From Eledone cirrhosa (taxonomy: Eukaryota), in NCBI GenBank assembly GCA_964016885.1, contig OZ024741.1, forward strand, positions 244,652,001 through 244,716,000: a stretch of DNA of 64,000 bases. Reading direction: 5' to 3'. This document shows, piece after piece, positions 1-11,146 of this stretch; position 1 is the stretch's first letter; the number at the start of each line of letters is the position of its first letter. A model generated the notes under the pieces. That model saw only the letters and a program-made list of their open reading frames with translations, was not told the DNA's origin and did no database searches. The position numbers and the translations under genes were made by a program.

Positions 1-218
1 ACACAGCAAATCTGTGTCTGCACATGTACCAGTAACTACAGATCGATCCGACCACGGGCGGCCGGCCCGCGATTGAAAAGGTAACTCCGCCAGCAAATCG
101 TCATTTTTTGATTCGTTTTCTTCGAAGCACACCATTCGCCGGCGGACTTTGTTGACGTTTAACACGGTTTGGTTCCACAGCCACAACTATTGATTTTACG
201 GAGATATCTTGCTGAAAT

Positions 219-414
219 TCACGCCACACATACCCAATGAGTGTCTGCACATGTACCAGTAATTACAGATCGATCCGCCCACGGGTGGCCGGCCCACGAT
301 CTAAAATGTAACTCCGCCGGCAAATCCGCATTTTTGTGATTAGTTTCTTCGAAGCACACCATTCGCCGCCGGACTTGAGCTTCCTCATTTAGCATGGGCA
401 GCTCTTCTTGAAAA
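219..414 (+). repeat. Monomer type A (196 bp), representative copy
   Basis: Head TCACGCCACACATACCCAATGAG; core markers GCCCACGGGTGG, GATCTAAAATG, GTGATTAG; short tail GAGCTTCC...CTTGAAAA. Confidence 0.95.
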
Positions 415-610
415 TCACACCACACTCAGCAAATGTGCGTCTGCACATGTACCAGTAATTACAGATCGATCGGACCACGGGCGGCCGGCTCACGATCGAA
501 AAGGTAACTCCGCCGGCAAATCCGCATTTTTGTGATTCGTTTCTTCGAAGCACACCATTCGCCGCCGGACTTCAGCTTCCTCATTTAGCATGGGCAGCTT
601 TTCTTGCAAA
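415..610 (+). repeat. Monomer type B (196 bp), representative copy; subtype B1 here, subtype B2 e.g. 3769-3964
   Basis: Head TCACACCACACTCAGCAAATG; core GGCTCACGATCG in B1 or GGTTTGCGATTG in B2; short tail CAGCTTCC...CTTGCAAA. Confidence 0.95.
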
Positions 611-837
611 TCACACTACACACAGCAAATCTGTGTCTGCACATGTACCAGTAACTACAGATCGATCCGACCACGGGCGGCCGGCCCGCGATTGAAAAGG
701 TAACTCCGCCAGCAAATCGTCATTTTTTGATTCGTTTTCTTCGAAGCACACCATTCGCCGCCGGACTTTGTTGACGTTTAACACGGTTTGGTTCCACAGC
801 CACAACTATTGATTTTACGGAGATATCTTGCTGAAAT
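611..837 (+). repeat. Monomer type C (227 bp), representative copy
   Basis: Head TCACACTACACACAGCAAATCTG; GTAACTAC; long 69-bp tail TGTTGACGTTTAACAC...CTTGCTGAAAT. Subtype C' (e.g. 1457-1683) has CCCACGATCG and a tail ending GGAAT. Confidence 0.95.
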
Positions 838-1064
838 TCACGCCACACATAGCCAATGATTGTCTGCACATGTACCAGTAATTACAGATCGATCCGACCA
901 CGGGTGGCCGGCCCGCGATTGAAAAGGTAACTCCGCCAGCAAATCGTCATTTTTGGATTCGTTTTCTTCGAAGCACACCATTCGCCGGCGGACTTTGTTG
1001 ACGTTTAACACGGTTTGGTTCCACAGCCACAACTATTGATTTTACGGAGATATCTTGCTGAAAT
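838..1064 (+). repeat. Monomer type D (227 bp), representative copy
   Basis: Head TCACGCCACACATAGCCAATGATT; core GGGTGGCCGGCCCGCGATTG; long tail. Confidence 0.95.
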
Positions 1065-1683
1065 TCACGCCACACATACCCAATGAGTGTCTGCACATGT
1101 ACCAGTAATTACAGATCGATCCGCCCACGGGTGGCCGGCCCACGATCTAAAATGTAACTCCGCCGGCAAATCCGCATTTTTGTGATTAGTTTCTTCGAAG
1201 CACACCATTCGCCGCCGGACTTGAGCTTCCTCATTTAGCATGGGCAGCTTTTCTTGAAAATCACACCACACTCAGCAAATGTGTGTCTGCACATGTACCA
1301 GTAATTACAGATCGATCGGACCACGGGCGGCCGGCTCACGATCGAAAAGGTAACTCCGCCGGCAAATCCGCATTTTTGTGATTCGTTTCTTCGAAGCACA
1401 CCATTTGCCGCCGGACTTCAGCTTCCTCATTTAGCATGGGCAGCTTTTCTTGCAAATCACACTACACACAGCAAATCTGTGTCTGCACATGTACCAGTAA
1501 CTACAGATCGATCCGACCACGGGCGGCCGGCCCACGATCGAAAAGGTAACTCCGCCGGCAAATCGTCATTTTTGGATTCGTTTTCTTCGAAGCACACCAT
1601 TCGCCGGCGGACTTTGTTGACGTTTAACACGGTTTGGTTCCACAGCCACAACTATTGATTTTACGGAGATATCTTGCTGGAAT
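1065..1683 (+). repeat. 619-bp HOR (A-B-C), representative copy
   Basis: A-to-A spacing 1065 to 1684 = 196+196+227; the commonest unit in the first 17 kb. Confidence 0.93.
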
Positions 1684-2107
1684 TCACGCCACACATACCC
1701 AATGAGTGTCTGCACATGTACCAGTAATTACAGATCGATCCGCCCACGGGTGGCCGGCCCACGATCTAAAATGTAACTCCGCCGGCAAATCCGCATTTTT
1801 GTGATTAGTTTCTTCGAAGCACACCATTCGCCGCCGGACTTGAGCTTCCTCATTTAGCATGGGCAGCTTTTCTTGAAAATCACACCACACTCAGCAAATG
1901 TGTGTCTGCACATGTACCAGTAATTACAGATCGATCGGACCACGGGCGGCCGGCTCACGATCGAAAAGGTAACTCCGCCGGCAAATCCGCATTTTTGTGA
2001 TTCGTTTTCTTCGAAGCACACCATTCGCCGGCGGACTTTGTTGACGTTTAACACGGTTTGGTTCCACAGCCACAACTATTGATTTTACGGAGATATCTTG
2101 CTGAAAT

Positions 2108-5100
2108 TCACGCCACACATACCCAATGAGTGTCTGCACATGTACCAGTAATTACAGATCGATCCGCCCACGGGTGGCCGGCCCACGATCTAAAATGTAA
2201 CTCCGCCGGCAAATCCGCATTTTTGTGATTAGTTTCTTCGAAGCACACCATTCGCCGCCGGACTTGAGCTTCCTCATTTAGCATGGGCAGCTTTTCTTGA
2301 AAATCACACCACACTCAGCAAATGTGTGTCTGCACATGTACCAGTAATTACAGATCGATCGGACCACGGGCGGCCGGCTCACGATCGAAAAGGTAACTCC
2401 GCCGGCAAATCCGCATTTTTGTGATTCGTTTCTTCGAAGCACACCATTCGCCGCCGGACTTCAGCTTCCTCATTTAGCATGGGCAGCTTTTCTTGCAAAT
2501 CACACTACACACAGCAAATCTGTGTCTGCACATGTACCAGTAACTACAGATCGATCCGACCACGGGCGGCCGGCCCGCGATTGAAAAGGTAACTCCGCCA
2601 GCAAATCGTCATTTTTTTATTCGTTTTCTTCGAAGCACACCATTCGCCGGCGGACTTTGTTGACGTTTAACACGGTTTGGTTCCACAGCCACAACTATTG
2701 ATTTTACGGAGATATCTTGCTGAAATTCACGCCACACATACCCAATGAGTGTCTGCACATGTACCAGTAATTACAGATCGATCCGCCCACGGGTGGCCGG
2801 CCCACGATCTAAAATGTAACTCCGCCGGCAAATCCGCATTTTTGTGATTAGTTTCTTCGAAGCACACCATTCGCCGCCGGACTTGAGCTTCCTCATTTAG
2901 CATGGGCAGCTTTTCTTGAAAATCACACCACACTCAGCAAATGTGCGTCTGCACATGTACCAGTAATTACAGATCGATCGGACCACGGGCGGCCGGCTCA
3001 CGATCGAAAAGGTAACTCCGCCGGCAAATCCGCATTTTTGTGATTCGTTTCTTCGAAGCACACCATTCGCCGCCGGACTTCAGCTTCCTCATTTAGCATG
3101 GGCAGCTTTTCTTGCAAATCACACTACACACAGCAAATCTGTGTCTGCACATGTACCAGTAACTACAGATCGATCCGACCAAGGGCGGCCGGCCCGCGAT
3201 TGAAAAGGTAGCTCCGCCAGCAAATCGTCATTTTTTGATTCGTTTTCTTCGAAGCACACCATTCGCCGGCGGACTTTGTTGACGTTTAACACGGTTTGGT
3301 TCCACAGCCACAACTATTGATTTTACGGAGATATCTTGCTGAAATTCACGCCACACATAGCCAATGATTGTCTGCACATGTACCAGTAATTACAGATCGA
3401 TCCGACCACGGGTGGCCGGCCCGCGATTGAAAAGGTAACTCCGCCAGCAAATCGTCATTTTTGGATTCGTTTTCTTCGAAGCACACCATTCGCCGGCGGA
3501 CTTTGTTGACGTTTAACACGGTTTGGTTCCACAGCCACAACTATTGATTTTACGGAGATATCTTGCTGAAATTCACGCCACACATACCCAATGAGTGTCT
3601 GCACATGTACCAGTAATTACAGATCGATCCGCCCACGGGTGGCCGGCCCACGATCTAAAATGTAACTCCGCCGGCAAATCCGCATTTTTGTGATTAGTTT
3701 CTTCGAAGCACACCATTCGCCGCCGGACTTGAGCTTCCTCATTTAGCATGGGCAGCTTTTCTTGAAAATCACACCACACTCAGCAAATGTGTGTCTGCAC
3801 ATGTACCAGTAATTACAGATCGATCGGACCACGGGCGGCCGGTTTGCGATTGAAAAGGTAACTCCGCCGGCAAATCGGCATTTTTGGATTCGTTTTCTTC
3901 GAAGCACACCATTCGCCGCCGGACTTCAGCTTCCTCATTTAGCATGGGCAGCTTTTCTTGCAAATCACACTACACACAGCAAATCTGTGTCTGCACATGT
4001 ACCAGTAACTACAGATCGATCCGACCACGGGCGGCCGGCCCACGATCGAAAAGGTAACTCCGCCGGCAAATCGTCATTTTTGGATTCGTTTTCTTCGAAG
4101 CACACCATTCGCCGGCGGACTTTGTTGACGTTTAACACGGTTTGGTTCCACAGCCACAACTATTGATTTTACGGAGATATCTTGCTGGAATTCACGCCAC
4201 ACATACCCAATGAGTGTCTGCACATGTACCAGTAATTACAGATCGATCCGCCCACGGGTGGCCGGCCCACGATCTAAAATGTAATTCCGCCGGCAAATCC
4301 GCATTTTTGTGATTAGTTTCTTCGAAGCACACCATTCGCCGCCGGACTTGAGCTTCCTCATTTAGCATGGGCAGCTTTTCTTGAAAATCACACCACACTC
4401 AGCAAATGTGTGTCTGCACATGTACCAGTAATTACAGATCGATCGGACCACGGGCGGCCGGCTCACGATCGAAAAGGTAACTCCGCCGGCAAATCCGCAT
4501 TTTTGTGATTCGTTTCTTCGAAGCACACCATTCGCCGCCGGACTTCAGCTTCCTCATTTAGCATGGGCAGCTTTTCTTGCAAATCACACTACACACAGCA
4601 AATCTGTGTCTGCACATGTACCAGTAACTACAGATCGATCCGACCACGGGCGGCCGGCCCGCGATTGAAAAGGTAACTCCGCCAGCAAATCGTCATTTTT
4701 TTATTCGTTTTCTTCGAAGCACACCATTCGCCGGCGGACTTTGTTGACGTTTAACACGGTTTGGTTCCACAGCCACAACTATTGATTTTACGGAGATATC
4801 TTGCTGAAATTCACGCCACACATACCCAATGAGTGTCTGCACATGTACCAGTAATTACAGATCGATCCGCCCACGGGTGGCCGGCCCACGATCTAAAATG
4901 TAACTCCGCCGGCAAATCCGCATTTTTGTGATTAGTTTCTTCGAAGCACACCATTCGCCGCCGGACTTGAGCTTCCTCATTTAGCATGGGCATCTTTTCT
5001 TGAAAATCACACCACACTCAGCAAATGTGCGTCTGCACATGTACCAGTAATTACAGATCGATCGGACCACGGGCGGCCGGCTCACGATCGAAAAGGTAAC

Positions 5101-6275
5101 TCCGCCGGCAAATCCGCATTTTTGTGATTCGTTTCTTCGAAGCACACCATTCGCCGCCGGACTTCAGCTTCCTCATTTAGCATGGGCAGCTTTTCTTGCA
5201 AATCACACTACACACAGCAAATCTGTGTCTGCACATGTACCAGTAACTACAGATCGATCCGACCAAGGGCGGCCGGCCCGCGATTGAAAAGGTAGCTCCG
5301 CCAGCAAATCGTCATTTTTTGATTCGTTTTCTTCGAAGCACACCATTCGCCGGCGGACTTTGTTGACGTTTAACACGGTTTGGTTCCACAGCCACAACTA
5401 TTGATTTTACGGAGATATCTTGCTGAAATTCACGCCACACATAGCCAATGATTGTCTGCACATGTACCAGTAATTACAGATCGATCCGACCACGGGTGGC
5501 CGGCCCGCGATTGAAAAGGTAACTCCGCCAGCAAATCGTCATTTTTGGATTCGTTTTCTTCGAAGCACACCATTCGCCGGCGGACTTTGTTGACGTTTAA
5601 CACGGTTTGGTTCCACAGCCACAACTATTGATTTTACGGAGATATCTTGCTGAAATTCACGCCACACATACCCAATGAGTGTCTGCACATGTACCAGTAA
5701 TTACAGATCGATCCGCCCACGGGTGGCCGGCCCACGATCTAACATGTAACTCCGCCGGCAAATCCGCATTTTTGTGATTAGTTTCTTCGAAGCACACCAT
5801 TCGCCGCCGGACTTGAGCTTCCTCATTTAGCATGGGCAGCTTTTCTTGAAAATCACACCACACTCAGCAAATGTGTGTCTGCACATGTACCAGTAATTAC
5901 AGATCGATCGGACCACGGGCGGCCGGTTTGCGATTGAAAAGGTAACTCCGCCGGCAAATCGGCATTTTTGGATTCGTTTTCTTCGAAGCACACCATTCGC
6001 CGCCGGACTTCAGCTTCCTCATTTAGCATGGGCAGCTTTTCTTGCAAATCACACTACACACAGCAAATCTGTGTCTGCACATGTACCAGTAACTACAGAT
6101 CGATCCGACCACGGGCGGCCGGCCCACGATCGAAAAGGTAACTCCGCCGGCAAATCGTCATTTTTGGATTCGTTTTCTTCGAAGCACACCATTCGCCGGC
6201 GGACTTTGTTGACGTTTAACACGGTTTGGTTCCACAGCCACAACTATTGATTTTACGGAGATATCTTGCTGGAAT
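2108..6275 (+). repeat. Two tandem copies of a 2084-bp, 10-monomer super-HOR (AB1C-AB1CD-AB2C')
   Basis: Starts 2108, 4192, next 6276, with the same subtype order and SNPs (TTTTTTTATT, GTGCGTC, ACCAAGGG, GGTAGCTC, GGAATTC). Further copies at 8721-10804, 11848-13931 and 13932-16015. Confidence 0.9.
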
Positions 6276-9200
6276 TCACGCCACACATACCCAATGAGTG
6301 TCTGCACATGTACCAGTAATTACAGATCGATCCGCCCACGGGTGGCCGGCCCACGATCTAACATGTAACTCCGCCGGCAAATCCGCATTTTTGTGATTAG
6401 TTTCTTCGAAGCACACCATTCGCCGCCGGACTTGAGCTTCCTCATTTAGCATGGGCAGCTTTTCTTGAAAATCACACCACACTCAGCAAATGTGTGTCTG
6501 CACATGTACCAGTAATTACAGATCGATCGGACCACGGGCGGCCGGCTCACGATCGAAAAGGTAACTCCGCCGGCAAATCCGCATTTTTGTGATTCGTTTC
6601 TTCGAAGCACACCATTCGCCGCCGGACTTCAGCTTCCTCATTTAGCATGGGCAGCTTTTCTTGCAAATCACACTACACACAGCAAATCTGTGTCTGCACA
6701 TGTACCAGTAACTACAGATCGATCCGACCACGGGCGGCCGGCCCGCGATTGAAAAGGTAGCTCCGCCAGCAAATCGTCATTTTTTGATTCGTTTTCTTCG
6801 AAGCACACCATTCGCCGGCGGACTTTGTTGACGTTTAACACGGTTTGGTTCCACAGCCACAACTATTGATTTTACGGAGATATCTTGCTGAAATTCACGC
6901 CACACATACCCAATGAGTGTCTGCACATGTACCAGTAATTACAGATCGATCCGCCCACGGGTGGCCGGCCCACGATCTAAAATGTAACTCCGCCGGCAAA
7001 TCCGCATTTTTGTGATTAGTTTCTTCGAAGCACACCATTCGCCGCCGGACTTGAGCTTCCTCATTTAGCATGGGCAGCTTTTCTTGAAAATCACACCACA
7101 CTCAGCAAATGTGTGTCTGCACATGTACCAGTAACTACAGATCGATCCGACCACGGGCGGCCTGCCCACGATCGAAAAGGTAACTCCGCAGGCAAATTCG
7201 CACTTTTGTGATTCGTTTCTTCGAAGCACACCATTCGCTGGTGGTCTTCAGCTTCCTCATTTAGCATGGGCAGCTTTTCTTGAAAATCACACCACACTCA
7301 GCAAATCTGTGTCTGCACATGTACCAGTAATTACAGATCGATCCGACCACGGGTGGCCGGCCCGCGATTGAAAAGGTAACTCCGCCAGCAAATCGTCATT
7401 TTTGGATTCGTTTTCTTCGAAGCACACCATTCGCCGCCGGACTTGAGCTTCCTCATTTAGCATGGGCAGCTTTTCTTGAAAATCACACCACACTCAGCAA
7501 ATGTGTGTCTGCACATGTACCAGTAATTACAGATCGATCGGACCACGGGCGGCCGGCTCACGATCGAAAAGGTAACTCCGCCGGCAAATCCGCATTTTTG
7601 TGATTCGTTTCTTCGAAGCACACCATTCGCCGCCGGACTTCAGCTTCCTCATTTAGCATGGGCAGCTTTTCTTGCAAATCACACTACACACAGCAAATCT
7701 GTGTCTGCACATGTACCAGTAACTACAGATCGATCCGACCACGGGCGGCCGGCCCACGATCGAAAAGGTAACTCCGCCGGCAAATCGTCATTTTTGGATT
7801 CGTTTTCTTCGAAGCACACCATTCGCCGGCGGACTTCAGCTTCCTCATTTAGCATGGGCAGCTTTTCTTGCAAATCACACTACACACAGCAAATCTGTGT
7901 CTGCACATGTACCAGTAATTACAGATCGATCGGACCACGGGCGGCCGGTTTGCGATTGAAAAGGTAACTCCGCCGGCAAATCGTCATTTTTGGATTCGTT
8001 TTCTTCGAAGCACACCATTCGCCGGCGGACTTTGTTGACGTTTAACACGGTTTGGTTCCACAGCCACAACTATTGATTTTACGGAGATATCTTGCTGAAA
8101 TTCACGCCACACATACCCAATGAGTGTCTGCACATGTACCAGTAATTACAGATCGATCCGCCCACGGGTGGCCGGCCCACGATCTAAAATGTAACTCCGC
8201 CGGCAAATCCGCATTTTTGTGATTAGTTTCTTCGAAGCACACCATTCGCCGCCGGACTTGAGCTTCCTCATTTAGCATGGGCAGCTTTTCTTGAAAATCA
8301 CACCACACTCAGCAAATGTGTGTCTGCACATGTACCAGTAATTACAGATCGATCGGACCACGGGCGGCCGGCTCACGATCGAAAAGGTAACTCCGCCGGC
8401 AAATCCGCATTTTTGTGATTCGTTTCTTCGAAGCACACCATTTGCCGCCGGACTTCAGCTTCCTCATTTAGCATGGGCAGCTTTTCTTGCAAATCACACT
8501 ACACACAGCAAATCTGTGTCTGCACATGTACCAGTAACTACAGATCGATCCGACCACGGGCGGCCGGCCCACGATCGAAAAGGTAACTCCGCCGGCAAAT
8601 CGTCATTTTTGGATTCGTTTTCTTCGAAGCACACCATTCGCCGGCGGACTTTGTTGACGTTTAACACGGTTTGGTTCCACAGCCACAACTATTGATTTTA
8701 CGGAGATATCTTGCTGGAATTCACGCCACACATACCCAATGAGTGTCTGCACATGTACCAGTAATTACAGATCGATCCGCCCACGGGTGGCCGGCCCACG
8801 ATCTAAAATGTAACTCCGCCGGCAAATCCGCATTTTTGTGATTAGTTTCTTCGAAGCACACCATTCGCCGCCGGACTTGAGCTTCCTCATTTAGCATGGG
8901 CAGCTTTTCTTGAAAATCACACCACACTCAGCAAATGTGTGTCTGCACATGTACCAGTAATTACAGATCGATCGGACCACGGGCGGCCGGCTCACGATCG
9001 AAAAGGTAACTCCGCCGGCAAATCCGCATTTTTGTGATTCGTTTCTTCGAAGCACACCATTCGCCGCCGGACTTCAGCTTCCTCATTTAGCATGGGCAGC
9101 TTTTCTTGCAAATCACACTACACACAGCAAATCTGTGTCTGCACATGTACCAGTAACTACAGATCGATCCGACCACGGGCGGCCGGCCCGCGATTGAAAA

Positions 9201-11146
9201 GGTAACTCCGCCAGCAAATCGTCATTTTTTTATTCGTTTTCTTCGAAGCACACCATTCGCCGGCGGACTTTGTTGACGTTTAACACGGTTTGGTTCCACA
9301 GCCACAACTATTGATTTTACGGAGATATCTTGCTGAAATTCACGCCACACATACCCAATGAGTGTCTGCACATGTACCAGTAATTACAGATCGATCCGCC
9401 CACGGGTGGCCGGCCCACGATCTAAAATGTAACTCCGCCGGCAAATCCGCATTTTTGTGATTAGTTTCTTCGAAGCACACCATTCGCCGCCGGACTTGAG
9501 CTTCCTCATTTAGCATGGGCAGCTTTTCTTGAAAATCACACCACACTCAGCAAATGTGCGTCTGCACATGTACCAGTAATTACAGATCGATCGGACCACG
9601 GGCGGCCGGCTCACGATCGAAAAGGTAACTCCGCCGGCAAATCCGCATTTTTGTGATTCGTTTCTTCGAAGCACACCATTCGCCGCCGGACTTCAGCTTC
9701 CTCATTTAGCATGGGCAGCTTTTCTTGCAAATCACACTACACACAGCAAATCTGTGTCTGCACATGTACCAGTAACTACAGATCGATCCGACCAAGGGCG
9801 GCCGGCCCGCGATTGAAAAGGTAGCTCCGCCAGCAAATCGTCATTTTTTGATTCGTTTTCTTCGAAGCACACCATTCGCCGGCGGACTTTGTTGACGTTT
9901 AACACGGTTTGGTTCCACAGCCACAACTATTGATTTTACGGAGATATCTTGCTGAAATTCACGCCACACATAGCCAATGATTGTCTGCACATGTACCAGT
10001 AATTACAGATCGATCCGACCACGGGTGGCCGGCCCGCGATTGAAAAGGTAACTCCGCCAGCAAATCGTCATTTTTGGATTCGTTTTCTTCGAAGCACACC
10101 ATTCGCCGGCGGACTTTGTTGACGTTTAACACGGTTTGGTTCCACAGCCACAACTATTGATTTTACGGAGATATCTTGCTGAAATTCACGCCACACATAC
10201 CCAATGAGTGTCTGCACATGTACCAGTAATTACAGATCGATCCGCCCACGGGTGGCCGGCCCACGATCTAAAATGTAACTCCGCCGGCAAATCCGCATTT
10301 TTGTGATTAGTTTCTTCGAAGCACACCATTCGCCGCCGGACTTGAGCTTCCTCATTTAGCATGGGCAGCTTTTCTTGAAAATCACACCACACTCAGCAAA
10401 TGTGTGTCTGCACATGTACCAGTAATTACAGATCGATCGGACCACGGGCGGCCGGTTTGCGATTGAAAAGGTAACTCCGCCGGCAAATCGGCATTTTTGG
10501 ATTCGTTTTCTTCGAAGCACACCATTCGCCGCCGGACTTCAGCTTCCTCATTTAGCATGGGCAGCTTTTCTTGCAAATCACACTACACACAGCAAATCTG
10601 TGTCTGCACATGTACCAGTAACTACAGATCGATCCGACCACGGGCGGCCGGCCCACGATCGAAAAGGTAACTCCGCCGGCAAATCGTCATTTTTGGATTC
10701 GTTTTCTTCGAAGCACACCATTCGCCGGCGGACTTTGTTGACGTTTAACACGGTTTGGTTCCACAGCCACAACTATTGATTTTACGGAGATATCTTGCTG
10801 GAATTCACGCCACACATACCCAATGAGTGTCTGCACATGTACCAGTAATTACAGATCGATCCGCCCACGGGTGGCCGGCCCACGATCTAAAATGTAACTC
10901 CGCCGGCAAATCCGCATTTTTGTGATTAGTTTCTTCGAAGCACACCATTCGCCGCCGGACTTGAGCTTCCTCATTTAGCATGGGCAGCTTTTCTTGAAAA
11001 TCACACCACACTCAGCAAATGTGTGTCTGCACATGTACCAGTAATTACAGATCGATCGGACCACGGGCGGCCGGCTCACGATCGAAAAGGTAACTCCGCC
11101 GGCAAATCCGCATTTTTGTGATTCGTTTCTTCGAAGCACACCATTC

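Larger units (their letters stand above)
219..1064 (+). repeat. 846-bp HOR (A-B-C-D), representative copy
   Basis: A-to-A spacing 219 to 1065 = 196+196+227+227; recurs e.g. at 2727, 4811, 9340, 17254, 18100. Confidence 0.93.

Noticed and set aside
287-375. HDV-like ribozyme (GGCCGGC...GCCGGC on +; GGCGAATGG on -)
   Set aside because: No P3/L3 with the conserved YCC motif, no GG for P1.1 after P1, and no matching P2; the two motifs are on opposite strands.
219-414. Identity with the Trypanosoma cruzi 195-bp satellite or primate alpha satellite
   Set aside because: Only length or organisation is similar; the sequence does not resemble these families as I recall them. A database search is needed for any assignment.
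731-760. CENP-B box (TTCG....A..CGGG)
   Set aside because: TTCG occurs three times per monomer but without the required A and CGGG at the right spacing.
790-802. Pol III B-box or tRNA/SINE-derived T-loop (GGTTCCACAGCC)
   Set aside because: Mismatches the GTTCRANNC consensus, with no convincing A-box or cloverleaf; no 5S rRNA, snRNA or spliced-leader similarity recognised.
219-837. Hammerhead ribozyme as in newt, cricket or schistosome satellites
   Set aside because: No CTGATGA core seen on either strand of any monomer type by eye.
7701-7967. 88-aa plus-strand ORFs (also 56450-56716)
   Set aside because: Chance read-through in chimeric monomers, starting at GTG; no coding evidence.
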